Source: Bacilli bacterium (GTDB lineage Bacteria > Bacillota_I > Bacilli_A > ML615J-28 > CAG-698). From it: a stretch of DNA of 64,000 bases. Location of the stretch: NCBI GenBank assembly GCA_028702495.1, contig JAQVOS010000002.1, forward strand, positions 39 through 64,038, written 5' to 3'. Both the position numbers and the translations under genes were made by a program. Below the pieces are notes generated by a model. The model was not told the origin of the DNA, searched no databases, and saw only the letters and a list, made by a program, of their open reading frames with translations. Positions 38,953 to 48,625 of this stretch are shown in pieces; position 1 is the first letter of the stretch, and every line of letters starts with the position of its first letter.

Positions 38953-39990
38953 CTAAATGTGACTCATGATATAATTGCCTAAGCGACCGCGAAAGGCAAT
39001 GATTTTAATGTTTTCGCGTGTGGGGTGTACCCGGTTTGTAAGCATGCAAAAAGCAACCTGGTTGGTGCGATCGATGAAAATATGAGTTCCTGTAAACCCA
39101 GTATGCATGATGGTTTCAGGACTAACCAAATCACCAGAACAAGGATAATCTCCTTTGATGAGCCAACCCAATCCACGACGATTGAGAGCTTTTGCGATTC
39201 CATTGGGTTCTTCTACTTGAACGGTATACAGTAAATTAATGGTTTGAGGACTGAAAATTCGTTTTCCACGATAAAGTCCTTGATTTAATATCATCTCCAT
39301 AAAATGAGAAATATCTTCAACTGTTGAGAATAATCCCGCATGACCCGCAACTCCTCCTAATGTATGAGCTGCTTCATCGTGAACATAACCTCGGTCAATT
39401 TTATCACCACGATCCTCTGTCGGTGCGCAACGAGCAACATCCGTCGGATTATAAGTGGTATCCTTCATCTCAAGGGGATCAAATATTTGTTCTTTGGCAA
39501 ATTGAGCGAGTGACTTACCACTAATCGCTTCAACAATCCATCCCAAAAGAATAAATCCTAAATCAGAATACACAATTTTAGTGTTCTTTTCGTATTTCAT
39601 ATCCACTTTTTGAATCAAAGTGATGAGTTCTTCCTTGGTTTTATACAAAGAACGAGAGATGAGGGGGGGGAGTCCAGACGTATGCGTCATGAGATCCCAA
39701 ATGGTGACGTTGGTTTTTTCAAAAAATGGTAAATAGGTAGAAACACTATCAAAGAGGCGCAGACGTCCTGCTTCCAAGAGTTTCATAATACAAGAGGTGG
39801 TTGAGACAACTTTAGAGCAAGAAGCCATGTCATATAAAGTTGAAAGATCATTGGCTTCATAAGCGGGATACAAAGCTTTGGCCCCAAAAGATCCAAAGGT
39901 TGTTTTTCCTTTAATGATAAGAGCGAAGTTTGCTCCTGGAAAGACACCCTCCGCTATGGCCTGTTCAATCAGGCGATTCATTCCATCCAT
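38953..39990 (-). CDS. Serine hydrolase of the beta-lactamase / PBP-like family (candidate AmiE-like N-acetylmuramyl-L-alanine amidase or D-aminopeptidase), cytoplasmic
   Basis: SxxK active-site motif (MASCSKVVS), YSD-like region and the KTG-like box HTGFTGT. No signal peptide. Confidence 0.65.
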   Translation of the reverse strand: MDGMNRLIEQAIAEGVFPGANFALIIKGKTTFGSFGAKALYPAYEANDLSTLYDMASCSKVVSTTSCIMKLLEAGRLRLFDSVSTYLPFFEKTNVTIWDLMTHTSGLPPLISRSLYKTKEELITLIQKVDMKYEKNTKIVYSDLGFILLGWIVEAISGKSLAQFAKEQIFDPLEMKDTTYNPTDVARCAPTEDRGDKIDRGYVHDEAAHTLGGVAGHAGLFSTVEDISHFMEMILNQGLYRGKRIFSPQTINLLYTVQVEEPNGIAKALNRRGLGWLIKGDYPCSGDLVSPETIMHTGFTGTHIFIDRTNQVAFCMLTNRVHPTRENIKIIAFRGRLGNYIMSHI

Positions 39991-39991
39991 A

Positions 39992-42184
39992 TTAAGAACT
40001 CCTTAAGGTAATTTTTTGGTGAAAACGACAATAAAAATTGAGATAACACAATTTATCAATCTCGATTTCTGTATAACCACGTTGTTTTAACCCTTCTGCG
40101 ATTTTATAAACTTTGGTGGTATTATCAACATCGATGAGATTGCTATTCGGGAATTCCGATAAATAATCCATAAAGTCAAACCCGAAGCATACATGGTCAA
40201 CATCCATAATCGAAACGGCATAATCAACATGATTGAGGAAATGCTCCAAATCTTGCTCTTCCTTATTGGAAGAAACAAAATTATTCGCAAGAGTAAGGCC
40301 CATTAGCCCATCCGCTCTACGAAGAGCTCGCATTTGATCATCGGTGAGATTACGAACATGGTTACACAAAGACTTAACATTCCCATGGGAATTGATGATG
40401 TTTTTCTGAGTCATCGCTAAAACATCATAGAAACTCTTTTCGTTTAAATGAGCCAAATCGATGATCATATCGAGTGCTTCCATGCGACGAATGAGTTGTT
40501 TTCCTTCTTCATGAAGTCCATGAGATGGATTTGCTTTTGCCCCAGTGGCATATTTGTTTTCTTCATTCCAGGTTAACATCGCATGGCGAAAACCCATTTT
40601 GTATAGAACGTCGATGTCTTCTACTTTTTTAAGATTACGAAGACCTTCTAATCCTAAAATCACTTCAAATTCAGGAAGAAGTTTTAGATTGATTTCTTTC
40701 ATGGCTCGCTCACATGCTTCGATTAAATCAAAGTCATCTGGGGAATACATCGTCCAAATGGAAGCTTTGACGTTAGATGATACGAGTTGAGGAACATGGA
40801 ATGAAGCAAAATGATTGTGATTGTTTGCGAGTGCTTTTTGATTCAAATCATAGAGCATATCACTGTGAATATCAAAAAAGCGTTGATTGGTAAAGACATA
40901 GTTTTTCACAAGATCCTCCATACTTTCACGATGAACGGCGACATGAATGGTGCTATCGCGAACAAAAATGACTTCACTCTTTGTGGCTCCATTATAATTG
41001 GAAGCCATCGAATGACCATAAGCACCTGTGGAATATACAACCAATGTGTCATTAGTTTCTGGTAGTCCCAAGAGGGTATTAGTAACGACAATATCGCCCG
41101 ATTCGCAACATTTACCAACCACATCTACGGTTTCAGTTTTGTCTAGATACGGACGATTGGCAATATCCACGGTATATTTGGCTTTATAGAGGGCGGGTCG
41201 AATGTTATCAGTCATTCCACCATCGACAAATACATATGTTTTCCCATTAAAAATCTTTTTAACCGAGCCAACTGTGTATAAAGTAAGTCCCGCATCCCCC
41301 ACAATGCTTCGTCCTGGTTCAAGCATCACTGTTTCAAGTGTTAGCCCACGGGCAACAACTTCTTCTTGAAGCTTTGTAATCATTGCTTGTAAAAGGGAAG
41401 GAAGATCAATTTCATGATCTGAATCAAGATATTGAATCCCGAACCCACCCCCAAGATTGAGGGTTGTTGCATGAAAACCCGTTAAGCCCCTCACGTGAGC
41501 GATAAACTCTAACAAAGTTTCAATTTCCTTGAGGAAAGCTTCTTCGGTATGAATGTTCGACCCGATGTGAGCGTGGAATCCTTCAAATTTTAAGTAGGGA
41601 GAGATTTCACAAATTTTTACAACCTTCATCATAGTTTCATCATCAAAGATGGATTCTCCAAATTTCGAATACATTTTTGAGGTTTGAATGTATTCGTGAG
41701 TATGCGCTTCAATTCCTGGATTGACACGCAGCAAAATTCGTTGCTCTATTTTCATTTCTTCGGTAAGATTCTTTAAGAGGAGCAACTCTTGAACATGATC
41801 AACCACAATCAAACCAACTCGATTTTCAAGAGCAAACACCAGTTCATCACGCGATTTATTGTTTCCATGAAGAACAACTTGCTCCATGGGGAACCCTGCA
41901 CGCTTCATAAGATACATGTCTCCCAAACTAACAGAATCGAGGTAACACCCTAATTCATGCATCAATGTACAAATATAGGGGGCTATAAAGGCTTTTGATG
42001 CATATACAATATGGGTTTTAAATTGATTGCTTTGGAAATGGGTTTTAAAGGTTGTAACTTTATCGCGAATTTGATTTTCATCATAAACATATAGAGGAGT
42101 CTTATAGACTTTTGCAAGACTTGATAGGAAAAATTTTCCGATGATAAGTTCATTATTTTGAATGGTCATTGATGTTGTCTTCAT
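39992..42184 (-). CDS. Fusion protein (730 aa). An N-terminal diaminopimelate decarboxylase (LysA, PLP fold-III) is joined to a C-terminal M19 (renal/membrane-dipeptidase family) zinc dipeptidase
   Basis: LysA motifs: PLP-Lys VYASKAF, GGGFGI, EPGRSIVGDAG and CESGD. M19 motifs in the last ~300 aa: DIHSD, LTWNEEN, IIDLAHL, NSHGN and CFGFDFMD. Confidence 0.75.
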   Translation of the reverse strand: MKTTSMTIQNNELIIGKFFLSSLAKVYKTPLYVYDENQIRDKVTTFKTHFQSNQFKTHIVYASKAFIAPYICTLMHELGCYLDSVSLGDMYLMKRAGFPMEQVVLHGNNKSRDELVFALENRVGLIVVDHVQELLLLKNLTEEMKIEQRILLRVNPGIEAHTHEYIQTSKMYSKFGESIFDDETMMKVVKICEISPYLKFEGFHAHIGSNIHTEEAFLKEIETLLEFIAHVRGLTGFHATTLNLGGGFGIQYLDSDHEIDLPSLLQAMITKLQEEVVARGLTLETVMLEPGRSIVGDAGLTLYTVGSVKKIFNGKTYVFVDGGMTDNIRPALYKAKYTVDIANRPYLDKTETVDVVGKCCESGDIVVTNTLLGLPETNDTLVVYSTGAYGHSMASNYNGATKSEVIFVRDSTIHVAVHRESMEDLVKNYVFTNQRFFDIHSDMLYDLNQKALANNHNHFASFHVPQLVSSNVKASIWTMYSPDDFDLIEACERAMKEINLKLLPEFEVILGLEGLRNLKKVEDIDVLYKMGFRHAMLTWNEENKYATGAKANPSHGLHEEGKQLIRRMEALDMIIDLAHLNEKSFYDVLAMTQKNIINSHGNVKSLCNHVRNLTDDQMRALRRADGLMGLTLANNFVSSNKEEQDLEHFLNHVDYAVSIMDVDHVCFGFDFMDYLSEFPNSNLIDVDNTTKVYKIAEGLKQRGYTEIEIDKLCYLNFYCRFHQKITLRSS

Positions 42185-42220
42185 ATTTTGCTCCGTTCAT
42201 GTCAGTTTATTATAACATAG

Positions 42221-43198
42221 TTACAAAAGATTGTTAATGTCTTGATACAAATTACCTTCAACTATTTTTAAGAAGGCATCAAGTGTGGTCACGGTTGTTA
42301 AAGCATTTTTAAACGCTTTGGCATGAGGAAATCCTTTGACGTACCATCCAGCTAAGGAACGCATCTCTAGAATGGCAATTTTTTCATTTTTTAAATGAAT
42401 GAGTTGATATAGATGATAAAGCATCATATCAAGGCGTTCGGAAAGGGTAGGAGGAGTGTAGGGAAGTTCGCGAAGAGCATGATCCACTTCAGCGATCACC
42501 CAAGGATTTCCTAAAGTAGCACGACCAATCATGATGGCATCGGCTTGTGTATATTGCAACATCCTAAGGGCATCATTCGCATTTTTGATATCGCCATTCG
42601 CAATGACAGGGATGGAAACGACTTCTTTGACGCGTTTGATGTAATCCAAATTAACGCTTCCTTTATAGAGGTCACTTTTTGTACGACCATGGATGGTAAT
42701 GGCAGATGCTCCCGCTTTCTCGATGGCTTTCGCAATGACATCACAATTAATCTCATCATGGGTCCAGCCAGCGCGAATCTTGACGGTGACAGGAAGATTT
42801 GTATGACTCACCACGGCACGTGTGATGTCATAAACAGCACCTGGATCTTTTAGTAGAAACGAACCGCTGTTCTGTTTCATGACTTTTCGCACCGGACATC
42901 CCATATTAATGTCAATGAGATCAGCATGAGTGCGACGCGTCACCTCTTCCGCTGCTTTTGCCATTTCTTCAGGATCACTTCCAAATAATTGTAATCCAAT
43001 AGGATGCTCAAGAGGATCAACATCAGTCATCTCCCACGTTTTATCATTTTCGTAAAGTAGGCCTTTGGCACTAATCATCTCACTATATACCAAAGAAGCT
43101 CCCATCTTTTTCGCAATCAAGCGATAGACTTGGTTGGTGTAGCCAGCGAGGGGAGCGAGAATAACTTGACCTTGTAAGGTAATGGATCCAATTTTCAT
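42221..43198 (-). CDS. dusB: tRNA-dihydrouridine synthase (DusB-like). Start at the ATG at 43196-43198 (the track ORF starts at an upstream GTG)
   Basis: Dus family motifs LAPLAGYTN, DINMGCP, VTVKIRAGW and IHGRT. Confidence 0.8.
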   Translation of the reverse strand: MKIGSITLQGQVILAPLAGYTNQVYRLIAKKMGASLVYSEMISAKGLLYENDKTWEMTDVDPLEHPIGLQLFGSDPEEMAKAAEEVTRRTHADLIDINMGCPVRKVMKQNSGSFLLKDPGAVYDITRAVVSHTNLPVTVKIRAGWTHDEINCDVIAKAIEKAGASAITIHGRTKSDLYKGSVNLDYIKRVKEVVSIPVIANGDIKNANDALRMLQYTQADAIMIGRATLGNPWVIAEVDHALRELPYTPPTLSERLDMMLYHLYQLIHLKNEKIAILEMRSLAGWYVKGFPHAKAFKNALTTVTTLDAFLKIVEGNLYQDINNLL

Positions 43199-43253
43199 TT
43201 TGTTTACCACATTTTCTATGCATTATTTTATCATATTTTACGTCTTTATTCAA

Positions 43254-43311
43254 GTAAAAAGTAGATAACAAATCCCCCATCCTAGGATGGGGAACGGATG
43301 TTATCTACTAA
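43254..43311 (-). terminator. Rho-independent terminator after the GH18 gene, with a nested (bipartite) hairpin
   Basis: Outer 11-bp stem agtagataaca / tgttatctact enclosing an inner palindrome ccccatcc-tagg-atgggg, followed on the minus strand by a U-run. Confidence 0.65.
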
Positions 43312-43322
43312 CTTGATTATTT

Positions 43323-44945
43323 CTATCGATCTTTTACTAAGTAGTCATAGACTGCTTCTAGTAGTTCACCAGTGGGATCTTCATGATATTCCCAGAACAT
43401 CGCTCCACCCAATTCATTATCAATGATGTATTGAGCTTTATACATGATGCTTTCGCGGTCCTCATAGGATATTGCCACTTTCTGAACGGTATCAAACAAG
43501 TAAGCTGCTTTGGCAATGGAATCAAAATAACGAATGACCTCTCCTGTTCCAAGTCGACTCAAATAATCTTCAACAATGTCATCATGATAAATGGTTTCTC
43601 GTGAACTTGCTGATTGTTTCATGGGTTGAGTCGCAGAGGGTGATAAGTAAAAGCGACGTCCATAAAAAGCAATTCCAACAATCAACTTATTTTTCGGAAC
43701 ACCATAGGCGGCATAGTAATTGACGGTATCGTGAACACTACATCCAGATACTCCATTACTAGAATAGTACAAAGGATTCAAATGAGTTGACGTTGTTTCG
43801 CTGTCCATATCATAGGTCATCAAATGGAAAAAGTCTAAAACAGGTGCTAAATTACTAATTTCAAAGCGAGTAGGTGCCCAAGGTCCTCCTGGGACAGCGG
43901 CACTAAGAATATAATCGGCATTTGCTCGTTTGAGTTGAGTCCGAAGTTCGACCATTAAAGCAGTATAATTCGCTGAGTCTTTGACGACGTTGGTTTCTCC
44001 CCCTTGTGTTCCGCTATAGAAACCGGGATACTCCCAGTCGATGTCAACCCCATCGTAATGGTATTGTTCAATGGCAGCGACAATTGAGCGGGCAAGTGTA
44101 GCCCGTCCTTCTGCTGTTCTTGAAGCTTCACTGAAGGGAACGGCCCCATCGGCATATCCTCCAAGACATAAAACAACCCGAACACCTCGTTTACGAAGGG
44201 CAAGGACATCCTGATAATCCCCGAGTGACGTCACTGAAGCTTCGCCATTGAATACACGACCGAATGCATAATTCACAACATCAAGGGCTGCATACTCATT
44301 TTCTCTTAATCCTGAAAAAGAGGCGTGATCATACAAATATCCAAATGACCGACGACTGGTTGGAAGTGGATCAAAGTTAATTTTTTCGACCAATACTTTT
44401 TGGGTGAAGCTATAAGTTGTGTTTTGCCATCGTAGGGTCGTCGTCATGGTCACGATGATGTCTCTTCTTCCGGGATTGGTAATCCCCGTATTGGATAAAG
44501 TGAAGCGATCAGAGGAAGACCATAAGACGGCCAACTCTCCAAGAGGGGTATTGATGGAAGAAGGAAGCGTGATATTTTCATTGAGTGTTGCCGGTAAATA
44601 GTCCATTAATTCAGCTTGTGCGGCTTCAAAGGATGCTTGTATTAAGGCTTCTGCTTCAGCTTGAGCAGTTTTAAGGGCAAGAATTGTTGCTTCAGCATCG
44701 AGGAGCGTGGAATAGGTGGTAATGAGAACTTTTTCATCCGCAGTTAATTCATCATATTGAACTCGAGCGGCTATGACATCTTCTTCATCATCTAGATTGA
44801 CCTCATCAGGCAATAATAAGATAAGATCTAATACATTATTAATTTTTTGATAATCTAACTCAACAGGAGGATTTCCTTGATTTTTACAACCACCGAGAAT
44901 TCCAATGATTGCGAAAAGCAGGATCAATATAAGGGTTTTTTTCAT
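43323..44945 (-). CDS. Surface lipoprotein with a GH18 domain (chitinase / endo-beta-N-acetylglucosaminidase-like)
   Basis: Lipobox LGGC. GH18 catalytic motif DGVDIDWEYP. ~180-aa N-terminal linker region. Confidence 0.75.
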   Translation of the reverse strand: MKKTLILILLFAIIGILGGCKNQGNPPVELDYQKINNVLDLILLLPDEVNLDDEEDVIAARVQYDELTADEKVLITTYSTLLDAEATILALKTAQAEAEALIQASFEAAQAELMDYLPATLNENITLPSSINTPLGELAVLWSSSDRFTLSNTGITNPGRRDIIVTMTTTLRWQNTTYSFTQKVLVEKINFDPLPTSRRSFGYLYDHASFSGLRENEYAALDVVNYAFGRVFNGEASVTSLGDYQDVLALRKRGVRVVLCLGGYADGAVPFSEASRTAEGRATLARSIVAAIEQYHYDGVDIDWEYPGFYSGTQGGETNVVKDSANYTALMVELRTQLKRANADYILSAAVPGGPWAPTRFEISNLAPVLDFFHLMTYDMDSETTSTHLNPLYYSSNGVSGCSVHDTVNYYAAYGVPKNKLIVGIAFYGRRFYLSPSATQPMKQSASSRETIYHDDIVEDYLSRLGTGEVIRYFDSIAKAAYLFDTVQKVAISYEDRESIMYKAQYIIDNELGGAMFWEYHEDPTGELLEAVYDYLVKDR

Positions 44946-44957
44946 CGTTTGTCCTTT

Positions 44958-46754
44958 CTAATTCACTCGAACAAGGGTATGGTCAACATGATCTTGATAT
45001 TGTAATTGATATAACTTGTAATAATGACCTTTTTGTTTGAGTAATTCTTGATGGGTTCCCTGTTCAATGATGACGCCTTTTTGTAAAACAATAATGTTGT
45101 TGGCATGTTGAATCGTGGATAAGCGGTGAGCAACCACAATCATCGTTCCAATATTCATCATTTTTTCTAGAGAATCTTGTATCAGTAGTTCGGTTTCAGC
45201 ATCGATATTCGCTGTTGCTTCATCGAGAATCATAACAGCTGGACGATGAATGATGGTCCGTGCAAAACTTAAGAGCTGTCTTTGACCAGAAGAAAAGTTA
45301 TTGCCTCGTTCACGAACTTCTTCATCATACTGTTTAGGTAATTGCTCAATAAAGTGATTGGCGTTCACATAATGACATGCTTCTCTCACTTCTTCATCCG
45401 TAAAGTCTTCGCGCATTTTTATATTTGATGCCACAGTTCCACTGAATAAGAACACATCTTGTAACATTTGGCCTACATGACGCCTAAGCGATGCAATTTT
45501 AATCTTTTTGATATCAATCCCATCAATGAGTATTTGTCCTTTTTGAATGTCATAATTTCGAACAATGAGACCCAAGATGGTAGTTTTCCCACTTCCGGTT
45601 GCTCCAACGAAAGCAACCGTATCACCAGCAGAAATTTTAAAAGAAACATCTTTTAAAATCCATTCGTCTTTTTTGTAGTAGAACGACACACTCTTGAATT
45701 CAATATCCCCTTTAACATGTTCTAGCTCAATGGCATCAAGAGCATCCACAATTTCAGGTTCTGTATCGAGGGTTTCGAAGATTCGCTCGCTTGAAGCAAA
45801 GGCTGATTGCATGATGTTAAAATCTTCGGCGATGCGCTGAATCGGACCAAACAATCTTTCTACTAATTGATAGAATACCAGTAAGATGCTATAAGTAATA
45901 ATACCACCTGCAATGTGGTCTTGAGTGCCAATCCAAAGCACAACCATCATGGTTACCATATATAACACATAGATAAAAGGACGAAAGATGGCAAAGACGA
46001 AAATTTCTTTCAAAGAGCTTTTGCGAAGAGCGAGATTTCGCTCTCTAAATTCACTCAGTTTCTTGTCTTCTTGATTACATACTTGAGTGATTTTCATACC
46101 CGAGAGGTTTTCTGATAAAAAGGCATTGATATTCGACACATTATGACGAACTTCGCGATAAGCAGCTCGTGAAAATTTTCGAAAAATAAAGGCCGCAACG
46201 CCCACAATGGGACAAATGACAATGACATATAAAGATAACTTAGGGCTTAAGACGGCCATTGTAATTAAAATGGCAACAATCATGAGAATACTTCGAACAA
46301 GACTAATGATGATTTGAGTAAACATTTGATTCAAAGCATTGGTATCGTTGGTGATGCGTGTTACCATTTTCCCAATAGGGACACTGTTTAGTTGTGCTTG
46401 CGAGAAAGATTCAATCTTCGTAAAGACCTCTTCACGAACACTATAAATAATGGTTTGTCCGGCTTTTTGCAACATCATGGTCTGTCCATATTGAACAAAA
46501 CTAGATATAATTAATGAAACAAAACTAATAATGACTATTACAAAAATTTTATCGTAAGTGGCATCAGGTTCTCCGAGGATTTTTGAAGCTTCACCGAATA
46601 AAATAGGGAGGAGAAGTTCAAATCCAACGGCTACTATCATTAAAATTGTGGAAATGATAAAGGATTTTTTTTGTGTTTTGGCATATCCCCACAAACGTTG
46701 CATAATTCCACGATCACTCATCGTTGAAGGATTGACAAGAGATGTCTTTCTCAT
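44958..46754 (-). CDS. ABC exporter, fused permease/ATPase half-transporter (heterodimer partner 1)
   Basis: Six N-terminal TM helices, Walker A GATGSGKTT, signature FSSGQRQ and Walker B ILDEAT. Confidence 0.85.
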   Translation of the reverse strand: MRKTSLVNPSTMSDRGIMQRLWGYAKTQKKSFIISTILMIVAVGFELLLPILFGEASKILGEPDATYDKIFVIVIISFVSLIISSFVQYGQTMMLQKAGQTIIYSVREEVFTKIESFSQAQLNSVPIGKMVTRITNDTNALNQMFTQIIISLVRSILMIVAILITMAVLSPKLSLYVIVICPIVGVAAFIFRKFSRAAYREVRHNVSNINAFLSENLSGMKITQVCNQEDKKLSEFRERNLALRKSSLKEIFVFAIFRPFIYVLYMVTMMVVLWIGTQDHIAGGIITYSILLVFYQLVERLFGPIQRIAEDFNIMQSAFASSERIFETLDTEPEIVDALDAIELEHVKGDIEFKSVSFYYKKDEWILKDVSFKISAGDTVAFVGATGSGKTTILGLIVRNYDIQKGQILIDGIDIKKIKIASLRRHVGQMLQDVFLFSGTVASNIKMREDFTDEEVREACHYVNANHFIEQLPKQYDEEVRERGNNFSSGQRQLLSFARTIIHRPAVMILDEATANIDAETELLIQDSLEKMMNIGTMIVVAHRLSTIQHANNIIVLQKGVIIEQGTHQELLKQKGHYYKLYQLQYQDHVDHTLVRVN

Positions 46755-48493
46755 GCTGTCACCTCATCTTCTAGTGTTTGTAAGCGAACCATATTGGCAT
46801 AAAGAGGACTACTCTTCAATAGTTCTTGGTGGGTTCCAAAAGCTTCTACTCGTCCTTCATCCAACACTAAGATTTTGTCCATGGATTGAACCGTCGTAAT
46901 TCGATGGGCAATGAGGATGGTGGTCTTATTCTTCCGAACTTTTCGTAAATTAAGTAAGATTTGTTCTTCTGTTTTGGTATCTACCGCCGAAACAGAATCA
47001 TCCATAATGAGGATTTTAGCATCCTTTAAGAGGGCTCGAGCAATCGAGACTCTTTGCTTTTGACCACCAGAAATAGTCACACCTCGTTCACCTAAGATGG
47101 TATCATATCCTTGGGAAAATTCTTGTATGTTTTTATCCACATCAGCAAGAACAGCTGCTTCTGTGATTTTTGATAAGTCTTGTGTGTTCGCTGCAAAATC
47201 AATGTTGTTGCGTATGGAATCGCTATAAAGAAAATTATCTTGAGGAACATAGGCAATCTGATCACGAACCAAGCGAAGGGGTAATCTCATAATGTCAATA
47301 TCGTCAATCAGAATGGTGTTTTCAGGAACATTATAGATTCTAAGCAATAAATCAACCAAGGTGGTTTTTCCACTTCCGGTGCGCCCGATAATGCCAAGAC
47401 TTTCTCCAGCTTTTAAGGTAAAACTAATGTTCTCTAAAACTGGCTTTTCGCTTTTAGGATAAGAAAATGTTAAATTGTTGAATTGTATTTGACCCCTAAA
47501 ATCATGATGCGAAAGAATGTCTTTCCCATCTTGAATTTCAATCGGATGGTTTAGATGGGCATCTATCCGCTTAAGCGATGCTTTTGCTTGACTTTGCATA
47601 TTGATCAGTTGAGCAATCGCCATCATCGGCCAAGTAAGTGTTCCAAAATATGCAATATACTCTGTGAGTTTTCCAATGGATAAGGTACCATCAAATACGA
47701 GGTATCCTCCATAACCAATAATCACAATAATTACAAGGGAGATTAACCCACCAATGAGCACTTCTAAGAGGATGGCGGCCTTGACAAAAGAAATATTTTT
47801 ATCCAGGTAGTCGCGATTGATTTTAGAGAAAGCAATGAGTTCTTTTCCTTCCTTCACGAATGCTTTAATAACACTCATTCCTGAAAAGTTTTCTTGTGTA
47901 AAATCGGATAAATCTGCATAGGATTTTTGACGATCTTCAAATTTCTTACGCATGAATTTCCCGATAATTCCCCCACATAAGGCAAGAATCAAAAGGGGAA
48001 TACTTGCAAAAATAGATAACCATTTGTCAATGGACCACATTTTATAGAATGATAAGAAACCGAGTAAGGCGGCATCAATAAACATGATTGTTCCTGAAGC
48101 AATTGATTGCCGAATGGTTTGTAAATCATTCGTATAGAGCGCCATGAGCGCGCCTGTTTTGTTTTCTTGATAGTAAGACTGAGATAATTTTTCTGAATGA
48201 GCAAACATTTTTTCACGCAAATCAGCTTCAATCCGAATTCCATTTCCAAATATACAAACACGCCATAAAAAACGACCGACAAACATAATTCCAACAATCA
48301 CAAGTAATTGTTTCATATATTGCATGAGCAATCCCTCGGTTATGGTTTTTTCTTTGATGCCATCAATCAACTGACCGATGATTTCAGGGATATCTAACTG
48401 ATAAATATCGACAAAAATGAGGGCGATGATTCCAAGAATAAAGAAATGAGCATATTTGAAGTAGTATCGATTGACATTTTTTCCAAAAATCAT
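46751..48493 (-). CDS. ABC exporter, fused permease/ATPase half-transporter (heterodimer partner 2)
   Basis: Walker A GRTGSGKTT, signature ISGGQKQR and Walker B IMDDSVSAVD. 4-nt overlap with its partner. No C39 peptidase domain. Confidence 0.85.
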   Translation of the reverse strand: MIFGKNVNRYYFKYAHFFILGIIALIFVDIYQLDIPEIIGQLIDGIKEKTITEGLLMQYMKQLLVIVGIMFVGRFLWRVCIFGNGIRIEADLREKMFAHSEKLSQSYYQENKTGALMALYTNDLQTIRQSIASGTIMFIDAALLGFLSFYKMWSIDKWLSIFASIPLLILALCGGIIGKFMRKKFEDRQKSYADLSDFTQENFSGMSVIKAFVKEGKELIAFSKINRDYLDKNISFVKAAILLEVLIGGLISLVIIVIIGYGGYLVFDGTLSIGKLTEYIAYFGTLTWPMMAIAQLINMQSQAKASLKRIDAHLNHPIEIQDGKDILSHHDFRGQIQFNNLTFSYPKSEKPVLENISFTLKAGESLGIIGRTGSGKTTLVDLLLRIYNVPENTILIDDIDIMRLPLRLVRDQIAYVPQDNFLYSDSIRNNIDFAANTQDLSKITEAAVLADVDKNIQEFSQGYDTILGERGVTISGGQKQRVSIARALLKDAKILIMDDSVSAVDTKTEEQILLNLRKVRKNKTTILIAHRITTVQSMDKILVLDEGRVEAFGTHQELLKSSPLYANMVRLQTLEDEVTA

Positions 48494-48565
48494 AGAACCC
48501 TCCTATTAATATACAATGAAAATTATACCATATAACCACTATCTTCGCAATCATTCATTTTGATT

Positions 48566-48619
48566 CCTAAAAAAATAATCGCTCATGGATATGAGTAAGA
48601 TCTCATATCGTCGAGCGAT
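48566..48619 (-). terminator. Rho-independent terminator after the DUF1295 gene
   Basis: Stem atcgctc...gagcgat enclosing an inner hairpin gatatgag-taagat-ctcatatc. Minus-strand U-run UAUUUUUUU. Confidence 0.55.
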
Positions 48620-48625
48620 CATGAA

